From: Phoronis australis
Taxonomy: Eukaryota > Animalia > Phoronida
Assembly: GCA_002633005.1 (NCBI GenBank)
Contig: NMRA01000296.1
Span: 288,399-352,398 of the forward strand
Direction of reading: 5' to 3'
Length of the DNA stretch: 64,000 nucleotides
The position numbers and the translations under genes are program-made. This document shows, in pieces, positions 1 through 12,100 of the stretch. Below the pieces are notes generated by a model. It made no database searches. It saw only the letters and a list, made by a program, of their open reading frames with translations, and was not told the DNA's origin. Each line of letters begins with the position of its first letter. Positions within the stretch are counted from its first letter, which is position 1.

Positions 1-690
1 TCAAAACATTATCTTTATTCAAGGACCTTATAAACGACCTCGACTCTAAGTCAAACATCGAAAAAATTATGCTTTGTCAACCATTACAAGTGTGTTTTCT
101 GAAAGGAGAAAGATCGGGGATTTTAAAAGACTCTTCTTACTACATTGTCACGTGACGTTTTTAAGTCAAATTTTCATGTGCAAGAAAGGTACATTCATCG
201 CGAAATAACCTCCATAAAACCCGAATTAAGTGCGTAATTAAAAATCCCTAACAGCGTATTTGAGACACAATGTAAAGTTTTCATTTAAAAAAGTTTTAGT
301 ATATCCCCCATAAAATCTGAACTAAGTGAATAATCAAACATTCCTAACAACGCCTTTGAGACATAACGTAGAGTTTTCACTTAAAAAAGTTTTAGTAAAT
401 TTGGCTGGGGGGTTATTTTGCTATGAATGTACCTTTCTTGTACATGAAACGCTGACTTAAAAACGTGGTCACCTGACAATAATGAAGACACAGTAATAAG
501 AAGCACATTTTTAGAATCCTCAATCTTTCTCCTTTAAGAAAATATAATCATACTTTTAATGGTTGACAAAGCATGGTTTTTTTTCGATATTTGAATTAAG
601 AGTTGAGGTCATTTATTAAGGTCCTACATAAACTTATTGTAAGTTTGAAAAAGTTTGACGCATTTCCCGTTACTGACTAGAGTAACTGTA
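1..690. mobile_element. Foldback/MITE-like element with long inverted arms, truncated by the window edge
   Basis: Bases ~1-210 are the diverged reverse complement of ~410-650 (e.g. atgctttgtcaaccatta vs taatggttgacaaagcat). The centre holds two ~95-bp direct repeats. Confidence 0.7.
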
Positions 691-722
691 GTACTACCAA
701 AAGACAGAGGAAACTCACTCAC

Positions 723-2555
723 CCATAGGCAGCTTTGGGCACGAGCCAATGCGAGCCGAATATGTTGACCGACTTGGCGAAGATGTCGTTGTACAAGAGA
801 CCCGAGTAGATGGAGAACAAACCCATCATCATGATGAGGTAGCGACCACCGAAGAATATGCTGACAATCTGGCAGACAAACAAATCAAGTCAACATTTAT
901 TCAATTAAGTCAGTTTCGAACAGCTTAACACGAGCCAACACATCGATTAACCAGCTGTACAACAACAATGTGCAAACTAAAAGAATAAATTAATAAATAA
1001 AACAAGCAAACAAACATGTGAAAAAAAAACAAGATGAACAGTGGATACAGGGGGGGGGGGGGGGTNAGCGATGGTCACCAACATTGAATCCATTTTGTAC
1101 AAAAACACTAGCAACTCCAAAGCCATCAAACACCAGTCTGAGAGATTAAGTTATGGAAACCCCACCTAGTGCCCAGAGAGGGAACTAGCCTACATATGAC
1201 CCCAACCAGCCAACATCGCATTAATGCTAAGAGATATAATGGCTGACTAAGTTTCATCTCAAGTAACAAAGCATTGCCTGTCTGTTGGCAATTATTACCA
1301 TGCAATAAGCGGGCCACCAAGTTTAATTCAGTAAGTGCTTAAAGGGACAAGCACAGTTTTAGGTTAAAAAATCTATTTTTGGGATTTTGGTTGGGATAGA
1401 TTTCTTAACCAGACCTATAAAATAATAAAACCCGTCATGCTTCAGTCTATAATTTTAATACAAATCACCAATGCTCGCCATGCCGTTTCTGAGGTCACAA
1501 TTTTGAATCTCTCTTGGGACTGATGTCAATAAGGCACCTTTCTTGCTGATTGTGTTTAAACTTAGTACAACACTACACGGAGACATTCATAACAGACTTT
1601 TGTAGGAACTCAGTGTTATATAAAGAAATGAAATGGTTATCCAACCAAACAATGCGACTAGAAAACAGCTTTTGATAGCATGGAAAACTAATGGAAGCAC
1701 GTGTGCAGACACCTGACGCATACCTCGTCTGTTATCTTCATGGAAATGATCTTCTTTTCAAAGAGGATGAGGCCGAGTCCAAACAGGAACATAATGGCGC
1801 CGTGTCCAAAGTCTCCGAACATGATGGAAAACAGGAACGGGAAGGTGATGATGGAGAAGGGCGCTGGAAGTAGAAAAAGACGGCACTGGAGGATGAACGA
1901 CATGGAACCTACTGTCACATGATACATTTTACCTTCACCCTTCTAACAGCATAATCTCAAAACCATGCATCAGATTTTGCATTTGAGCTTTCATTAGTTT
2001 TGTAATGTTCAGTTCAAAATCAAAGGTCAAATTGTTCTTCAAAAGTGCTTCACACAGAAAATATTTTGCAACTAGAAAAATGAAGTTACGGAAAATTCCA
2101 GACACGCTTTTTGAGCATAATATCTATGATTTAAAATAGAAGTTTTGGTGATTTCTGCTGAAAGGACTTTTCCCTATCGATAAAACTTCCAAAAACGACA
2201 ATTTTAACAAAGCGTGGTCATTTGATCATGAGAATGGCAGTGTTGTGAATGAAAAGAATAGATTTGCCTAGACTCCTAGTTTAGAACATATGTACTTCAC
2301 TGTTAACAGAACTGTTGCGAGTTACAACGATGTTCCAAGATAAAAAACAGGATCCCTGTAATGTTAACTGTAATTACACTCCTAGCTCAATGCCATCTAC
2401 TGACCTGGGTTGACCTCTCGGTAGGAGGCAACACCATACGCGTCGATGATGCTTTGGAAAACCGAGGTGAACTTGTTGGTGCGGTGGTAGGTGGGTGGGT
2501 CTTGTCGTGTCTCCATTCGGTTCAAGATGGACGGCATGCTACTGCCACTACGCTC
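723..2555 (-). CDS. ATP6V0A1: Second copy (copy A) of the same three V-ATPase a exons: 2555-2405, 1863-1724, 868-723
   Basis: Same exon lengths (151/140/146), same splice sites and same peptides as copy B; the exon differences I saw are synonymous. Probably the other allele. Confidence 0.85.
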
Positions 2556-3044
2556 CTAAAAAGCACATCGAAGCGACTTCTGATTACAGGAAATAAAGCT
2601 ATGACACAAGCATACATCCAGCTTACCTGAATGAACACAAACTGATGCAATAAGTTTACTGTAACCAATAATTTCAGTATTTGCCCCACCCCTGTAAAGA
2701 CCCTGCCATTTCCAATATCAATTTCAGCTTGACCAATCGTTTACCAGAACCAAGTGTGACCCATCCCATTCAGACATTGCATTAATGTTTTTGTATAAAT
2801 TACAGTATACACAATCTTTCATAATTATACAGTTAGACGAACTTACCTTAAGTGAAGGATGACTGTAATTTTATGTATCCCCAGAATTCCCCCAGAGTGC
2901 TAACATGAGATACGGACATGCGCAAAGCGGACCATTNTTAAGGTCCTAGATAACCTTAATGTAAGTTTGAAAAGCCTGGACACATTTCCCGTTACTGACT
3001 AGAGTAACTGTAGTACAACCCAAAGACAGAGGAAACTCACTCAC

Positions 3045-3190
3045 CCATAGGCAGCTTTGGGCACAAGCCAATGCGAGCCGAATATGTTGACCGACTTGGC
3101 GAAGATGTCGTTGTACAACAGACCCGAGTAGATGGAGAACAGACCCATCATCATGATGAGGTAGCGACCACCGAAGAATATGCTGACAAT
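3045..3190 (-). CDS. ATP6V0A1: V-ATPase a exon ([28 protein letters not shown]...), copy B
   Basis: 146 nt, donor GTGAGT. Confidence 0.92.
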
Positions 3191-6100
3191 CTGGCAGACA
3201 AACAAATCAAGTCAACATTTATTCAAAGTCAGTTTCGAACAGCTTAACACAAGCCAACACATCGATTAACCAGCTGTACAACAGCAACGCGCAAACTAAA
3301 AGAATAAATCAATAAATGGCTAAGTTTAATCTCAAGTAATAAAGCATTGCCTGTCTGTTGGCAATTATTACCATGCAACAAGCGGGCCACCAAGTTTAAT
3401 TCAGTAAGTGCTTAAAGGGACACGCACAGTTTTAGGTTAAAAAATCTTTTTTTAGGATTTTTAATTATTGGTTGGGATAGGTTTCTTGACCAGGCCTATA
3501 AAATAATAAAACCTGTAGCGCTTCAGTCTATAATTAATACAAATCACCAATGCTCACCATTGGCTCCCGGTAACTCAATGAAATTGCCACCAGTGAATTC
3601 ATCGCGATTTACAGATAAAATACTCTGTTCACCGAGTGGGATTAGCTATGCTATTGCCGTTTCTGAGGTCACAATTTTGAATCTGTCTTGGGACTGATGT
3701 CAATAAGGCACCTTTCTTGCTGATTGTGTTTAACTTAGTACTAGGCTACACTGAGACATTCATAATAGAGTTTTGCAGCAACTCGGTGTTATATAAAGAA
3801 ATGAAATGGTTATCCATCCAAACAATGCGACTACAAAACAGCTTTTGATAACACGGAAAGCTAATGGAAGCTCGTGCACCGACACATGATGCATACCTCG
3901 TCTGTTATCTTCATGGAAATGATCTTCTTTTCAAAGAGGATGAGGCCGAGTCCAAACAGGAACATAATGGCACCATGTCCAAAGTCTCCGAACATGATGG
4001 AAAACAGGAACGGGAAGGTGATGATGGAGAAGGGCGCTGGAAGTAGACAAAGACGGCACTGGAGGATGAACGACATGGAACCTACTGTCATGTGATACAT
4101 TTGACCTTCACCCTTCAGACAGCATAATCTCAAAACCATGCATCAGATTTTGCATTTGAGCTTTCATTAGTTTTGTAATGTTCAGTTCAAAATCAAAGGT
4201 CAAATTGTTCTTCAAAAGTGCTTCACACAGAAAATATTTTGCAACTAGAAAAATGAAGTTACGGAAAATTCCAGACACGCTTTTTGAGCGTAATACCAGA
4301 GTTTTAAAATAGAAGTTTTGGTGATTTCTGCTGAAAGGACTTTTCCCTATCGATAAAACTTCCAAAAATGACAATTTTAACAAAGCGTGGTCATTTGATC
4401 ATGAGAATGGCAGTGTTGTGAATGAAAAGAATAGATTTGCCTCAACTCCTAGTTTAGAAAATGTGTACTTCACTGTTAACAGAACTGTTGCTAGTTACAA
4501 CGATGTTCCAAGATAAAAAACAGGATCCCTGTAATGTTAACTGTACTTACACTCCCAGCTCAATGCCATCTACTGACCTGGGTTGACCTCTCGGTAGGAG
4601 GCAACGCCATACGCGTCGATGATGCTTTGGAAAACTGAGGTGAACTTGTTGGTGCGGTGGTAGGTGGGTGGGTCTTGTCGTGTCTCCATTCGGTTCAAGA
4701 TGGACGGCATGCTACTGCCACTACGCTCCTAAAAAGCACATCGAAGCGACTTCTGATTACAGGAAATAAAGCTATGACACAAGCATACATCCAGCTTACC
4801 TGAATGAACACAAACTGATGCAATAAGTTTACTGTAACCAACAATATCAGTATTTGCCCCACCCCTATAAAGACCCTGCCATTTCCAATATCAGTTTCAG
4901 CTTGACCAATCATTTACCAGAACCAAGTGTGACCCATCGCATTCAGACATTGCATTAATGTTTTTGTATAAATTACAGTATACATAATCTTTCATAATTT
5001 ATCTATTAGCAGCATCCCTACGGAGTCACTGTGATGTCCTACAAAATTCAAACACTGTGATCCATTACGGAGCCCCGTTATGTCGTATTTTGTTCAGACA
5101 GTCGGTCTCACCACTCACCACATTTTTCTATAAGTCATCACTATCTAACGTGGCCGTACAGGCCCCTTGCTCTTTCTTGCCTACGTGAGACACCAAGCTC
5201 CATCACTCATACACGTCTCCATAAATTCCTGTATGAGCAGTCACCAATCACATCGATACTTACGGTGCCCCTACGGAGACCCTGCTGAATCCTGTCCAAT
5301 TCAGACACAGGGCACCAGCATTCGGCGATCAGACACTTCTGAGTGACATCCAGGTTGAGCATGTTGAGTGTATGGTAGATGGCCTTGATCTTGCGCACTT
5401 TGATGAACCACACTTTGATGTTCTTGGCGGCGGCCACCAGCACGCGGTGACGGTGGTCCTGCGTCTGGCCCAAAACCTGGATGAGAAATATTATACTTTA
5501 GATTGTTATGTCACGCCTAGAGTCTGTGTAACGCATACAACAGCATAGTGTGCTACGCCTGGCTCAGAACTTGGAGAAGAGATACAACAGTACAGGCTAG
5601 GAACCTGGATGAGAAATACAACAACATAGTGTCATGTCTGACTCAGAACCTGGATGAGATATAACAGTACAACGTGTTACGACTGGCCTGGAACCTGAAT
5701 GAGAAACACAAAAGTATCGCAGTAACTAACTGTGAAATATGAAAGAATAGTGTGGGACTGATGCTGAACTTGGATACAAATAGAACAGTGTGGGACTCCC
5801 TCACCTGGAGTGAAAGAAAGGCTTCTGAGTGGGGCTTTTTCCAAGACATTCCTTCACATAGCAAGCTGAATCAGTGCATTCAAATACAACGTTAACTTTC
5901 TTAAAGTTCTTGAAACTGACTTCAGCAACACTCTTCTTTCTAGAAACTTCTTTTTGTCCTGATAAATTTCATTGCCAGGACACGCAGTAGACGAAGCGAT
6001 GGTTTTCAAAGAGTCAAACACGTACAAGCTACACTAGAAAACCTATCAATTTTCCGCATGTATAGCAAACAAAGAATACTCTCTGGTACTCACCGTGTTC

Positions 6101-9100
6101 AAGTCTTCAATACGGGTCATCACTCCAATGGCCATCTCGCGTCGCTCAGCGGGGGTTTCCGGGCAAGGGTACAAGGTGGCACGGAAACCCTCACATATCT
6201 TCTTCACACGCGACTTGAGCTGGTCCCCTTGGAAGAAGATGATGAACACAGACTTGTTCACATGGTCACCCTGAAGAGGTAAAACGTTTAAACACATTCC
6301 GTTAATAGGAAACTCGATTCATCTCGATGGATCATTTTTCCAATTAAGGTTATCTCAAACATTATTTAGTGACCTTCATTCTAACTCATACATAAAAACG
6401 GGCTATGTCAACTAGTAAAGGAATATATTTTCTGAACGAAAGTAATATTCATGTACAAGGGGGTATAGATATGCAGAGTTAGCACAGGCCAAGTCCATTT
6501 TGGTTCAAATGTTGTCTTACATGCTGATCAAGTATTATCAACCAACAGAAAATTCATTTACTTCATAATCCAACACGACTGTGTATTGCATTTACATTCA
6601 ATCCATGTTACCAAATGTAATCAACCAATTCTGATTTTGATAACTTCTGCTTCCCTTTATCATAAATTTTCCCTTTAGTAAACTATTTTTGAGTGCACTC
6701 GTGGACGGGATGGTCTTGCCACCTGGTGACTAGTAGAAAATTTGGATTGATTTTCAGCTAAGGGTTCATCCGCACATGGTTCAAGCAGGCCTACCGCTTT
6801 CTGGACGCACTTACGGTGACGGGGTCTTCTAGTGGGGTCTCGATCTCTGCCTGGCGTAGGAATACATTGCCTCGACACACACGCCACAACATTCGCTCAA
6901 AGGCGGGAATTCTCTCTCGTAGAATCACGCCAGCAACAAATCTGTGTGACAACATGGTGACCAATATATTATTAATTTGATGACTTTAAGAAACTAGGAC
7001 CACTGCTTTATCAAAGAAACTAACACTTAAAATAACATTTATAACATTGAAAACTAGAACCCTTCTAAAAAAACATTGAAATTCGTCTAAATTCATGAAT
7101 CATCATGGTCAGTGGAAACTACGGTAAAAATTCTCCAATTTGGATTGGTGAAAAATTTATTTTTTTGCCCAATAATGAAGGAAATCAACCGAAAAGTACA
7201 CTGACTGCAGTAATGAAAAGTTTAAAGGTTGAATTTTTGTATTTTTCTTATAATGTTGCATGATAAACTTAACCTAATAGGATAGCACCAATACATTACA
7301 ACAACGAAGTATCAACATGAACAACAAAGTTCTTGCACTTAAGAATATGGTTCGAGGACATGTAAGCTCAGTTCACTGATTCACAAACTCATGTCTGTAC
7401 TCACAAAACATGGCTCACGAAACATAAGCCACATACTCACAGCCACTACAAACGAGTTGGTGACTAGCGAAGAGTGTATCGGCTATGTTCATAGAACTGG
7501 TGTTGCAGTGTGCCCCCAAGATGAGCTTCCTGGATGTGTAAGTCATGCTTTGTGAGTGAGGGAACAAGTTTTTGAGCCAATGAACAGACTTTGCATGTTC
7601 GTGAGCTGGGTCCATAAGACACAGGCTGTCAAATCACTGAATAGTTTGATTTGACTGGCAAGTTACTAAATGTATGTGGGTTCGTTTGTTCACAGTCGGG
7701 TTGTACTGCGTAAATGTTGCCAACCATCCTGAGTGATAGTTTTAGTCAAAGTGATGAGGCTTGAGTAACGATGGGCGCCCTCTGTGGGAATTAAGGGCGA
7801 GTATGTGCAGTACACATGATATTGACCAGTCATACAAAAGTAACCACTTTTTCCCAGAGTGTAACTAGGTTCTCTGATCGTACACGAAAGTTTGTTGTTG
7901 TTGGTGTCTATGGCAGTAGTTTCCTCCCAATCAGAGAATACATCTCAGGTCTATGTGTGTGTGAAGTCAGCTTGTTTACCAACATCCCTGTTAAAGATCC
8001 CCCTACAATATCCACAACCACCTGATGAAAGATAGCATCTTGATATTGTCAGTAGAGGACAGCATGAAGTTGTTGGAATATGTGCTAACTACTACTAATA
8101 TCTAGTATGACAATACAATATGTAGACAAAAGTTTGGCATAGCTATGGCTAGCTCAGTGGCTCCCTTTGACTACAAGTGAACGAGCGATCAGATTTGAAA
8201 TCAAAGTCTTTAGGATGCTCTGAAAGACAGGTGCCTAATTTTAGCTCTAGACAGCATAATAACAGACACAAAGGACTTCGTAAACAAACCCCGGACAATC
8301 TAGTGTATTGTGTTTATCTTTAAAATGGATCATAAATTCCTCAGGGTTCTGAAAGGGTCGCCACTGTGGTTAGGTTATAAGACTTCCCGTTGACATTCCT
8401 CGGTAACATATTTGGTCACTGTGGTCTATTTCATCTGCAAACCACAAACCATTAATTTGCCGATCCACCCTGCAGGGGGCGCCCATCACAACTCGCGTCA
8501 CACCACTGCTGATGTCACATACCAGTCTCCGTCAAACACCATTGTCCAGGATGGTTAAAAGCCTTTACACAATTGGTAATAGCCCGACTGTGAACTAACA
8601 AAGCTATGACACTGCAGAAGATCTATATTGAAGAGCATGACTTGCGTTGTTGGAATAGCCAGAATAAGGACTGCCACATAATTCACAAAGTGTATCTCTT
8701 CAAGACATGCAAAAGTGAATGGTTATATCTCAGTTCTAGTGATTTGTAGACTCTATGATCACGTGATACGCACCCGAGATGAAGCGGCACCCCTGCCATG
8801 TGCTGGACAATGTGCGCCGTGTCCACTTCGCTCAGGGCTTGTTGTGCATCCTCAATAACATTATGATCATGCTACCAACAGAACACAAGTAAACCTGTCA
8901 TTACCTGACCACAGCTTGTGGCAAAAGAGGCACAGAGCACTTAGGCAACTTGCCAAAGTACCGAGACTTGAACACAACACAAACTTAACATAAACAGTTC
9001 AAGACTGTCGATCCGTCTGCCAAACGTCGTGAGCTGAAATCAATGAAAACGTCAGCATGAGTGAAGCGGTCCAAGATTGATGCTGCTCCTGTCAATCATC

Positions 9101-12100
9101 AGCCATCAATTGCTCCCCTTTAGGAAGATAATGGAGCCTACTTGCTGTATAAATCAAGTGTTAACAGGACAGGGAAAGAGAGAGGAAAAACTAACAGAAG
9201 TTGACTAAGGAAACTATTTACGTGCACAGAGTTGAAGATGAAGCAGATCTGAATTGTTATTAGCGAAAAATGCAAGGTTCAGAAAAGACCAATCATAACA
9301 ACACATGCGCGTCATTCCGCCAAGCCAAACTGACACAGCCCGTTCTTCAAAAGAATGCTGTTAAGAGCATTCTAACAGGCAATTAGCATAACACAAGCAT
9401 ATGCATTTTATGTTCTGTAAAGACAAAAGTCCACACGGGTGTTTGCATGTGTGTGAGTGAGCTAACTTGGTGATTGCACAAAATGTGAAGCCAATCAACA
9501 GTGCAAAAAGCTAGTTGTGCTGAACTGAAGCAGACATGGGCACTGTTTCTCATCACTAAAACTTATACCTCTACGACCTTATTTAGCTTGAGTCCCAATT
9601 TAAAATTTAAAATTTAAAATCAAGTCAATGTTAAAATAAAGATGAAAGTTGAGCGTTTTGTAAACTTAGTCTTACTTTTAAAGCTCAGAAAAAGTTGTCA
9701 GTGGTTGTCATGTGTATAAATCGAGACTCACGACCGAAAAAGGTCATAAATGTCTAAATTGGTGAAACAGGCCCACGAATTTTGCAGTTCTAAGGCAGAA
9801 CTTGTTGTGAAAGTATTTGGTCACAAGACGATGGATAAAACTGAACAACTTACCTTGTTAATACTCAAAGTCCAACCGTGACTTTTTGATAAGAAATAAT
9901 TTAACTCACCTTTCTAATGTATACAGGAACCTATCATCTCTTCTCCCAGACCCGACTGATCAACAAAAAAACAACAACGAAACTAAAACTAAGAAGAGCT
10001 AAACAAAACCTGAGACGTGACAAATGCAAGACAATCCTTGTTTGTGATGCTTCAAAATTTTAAACAAAAAATTTAAACAAACCTTACTGTAGTTTATCTC
10101 AAATAAGATTCAAGATGGTGGAGGTGAGACATTACAAGGCGTGTACTTGATGTAGAAATCTTCACATCAAGCTCTTACTAGGCGCAATTGCCAAAATAAT
10201 GTGAAACCTCAAACTTTTGAAGCCACACCGACAGACAGAAAATGCAAAAGTAAGAAAATTTGTGAAATTTGTTAAAAAAGTGTCAATTTAGGTTAGCTAG
10301 GACCTAATTGATAAGCCAGTGCATTCAGCCAAATGTCTGAAAAGTATTGATTTTAACTCTGTAACTATTTTCTGAAAGTAGACACGCTGTAGAATTTGTT
10401 TTTTTTTAACTTTAACCCAATCTGCCATTAATTGGATCAGGTGACCATGACTTTCTACTTAAATTTTGTAAAAAAGAAAGATTAATTCACAACCAAACAA
10501 AGGTATCGGCAACATGGCCAAATTTCATTACATATACTCAATATTCAAGGAGCAATCTCAAAAATGTTGTTACACTTTTCGAAATTATTTCATTCTCCGT
10601 TTTATGCAATATAATAGTTTTTTCATCAAAATCAAGACTTGTATTTTTGATAACCCCTTTTGCAAAAGAGGAACATTATAAAAATAATGCTTAACAGCAG
10701 TTTGGAGAACAGCTTCTAAAGCATAGTAACATCTTACTTCTAATCTCTAGCCTGAACTCCTCTAACATTTCATCAGTTCGAGAACACAACAAACGAGGGA
10801 TGTCTCGCACGCACTCTCACTAAATACCGCCTAGGCTCTACACCAGATGGTGCCACACTGAATCCTTACCCCAACCTGAGGGCCTGCCCGCTGGGTCGCA
10901 CTTCTTCTCCAAGTAGTCCCACTCGCTCCTCAGCCAGTAAGGGGTCGTGCATAGCTTGCTGCTGAAGTTCCGCCTACCAAACAAATCGTGTACAAGCAAT
11001 GGTTAGGACCGAGTCGAGACCCGCCCACTAATGCATGCAGTTGAGTGAACTAATCGACGGGACAGAACTAAACTTGAACTCTGAGCGAGCGGTAAATAAC
11101 AAAACTAAAGAACGCGCATTCTATATTTGAGTGCCCGTTATTATCGCATGCTGAGCTATGTCACAACTACTCCACATAAAGGAACCAAAAACAATTTCAT
11201 TCACAGCTCAACATCTGCCTCCTCCCTCCCTGGCGCCATTGATTCAACATTTGTCCATGGTGTCACACACGGTCCATTCAGTAATTATCCATGAATTAGT
11301 CACAAACATGACGACTCAATCACTTTCTACCTTTGATTGACAAGCTCTTTTCATGCACATTTCCATTTTGATTTGGTGTGAAAAGAAATTTATTATAACG
11401 AAAGGAAGTATGTGTCGTGAACAACACAATCTTTAAAAATGACAATAAAAATGACATAGAAAGCACAACCGATACTACTAAAACAATGACATCATTACGA
11501 GTACAAGCTGGTACAACTACAAACAAAAATAACAACAAGCATCCCGTAACAGTCACACACAGAAAAGAGGTTAAGTTACAGAAAGGACAGGGTAAGCCAT
11601 AGAAAATCAGTGGGTGGTTGGGATTCCGCTACTGTGGAGTTACAGCGAGACAAGCAAGGAATCTTGTTTCAACCTGAAAAGTAATCTTTGGAATCAATCG
11701 TGTTAGATGCAGCTAGTGAAAATCTGTTCAGCAATATCCGTAGCAAACCATGACATGTCAATCTGCAGTCCATTACATATTGCTTTATTAAGTTTTAAGA
11801 CGTTTTACGAAACAAGACGTTGGTTGACTGAACAATTCAGAGGCACGACGCCAGATTTTCACTAACCCACCACTGCTTTTCACATCTGCAATTAGAAAAC
11901 CATGAACAAAGTATGAACAAAGAACTGAACACATACCAAATAGCAAAATTTAAGAACTTTGCTGCCAATTCACCTTATGGTATCCACATGTTCCAGAATA
12001 TTGCGATATGGTATTCTTACTCAAGACTTTTATTTCTGAACTTTAAAATTCTTCTGCGAAACATCAAAAAGCCCGCAATATTAAGAAGTACATTTAGGTC

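Larger units (their letters stand above)
616..4998. repeat. Tandem near-identical duplication (~616-2826 vs ~2939-4998) joined at an N (2938)
   Basis: Direct alignment by eye, with an offset of 2173 over most of the length, scattered SNPs and intronic indels. Confidence 0.93.
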
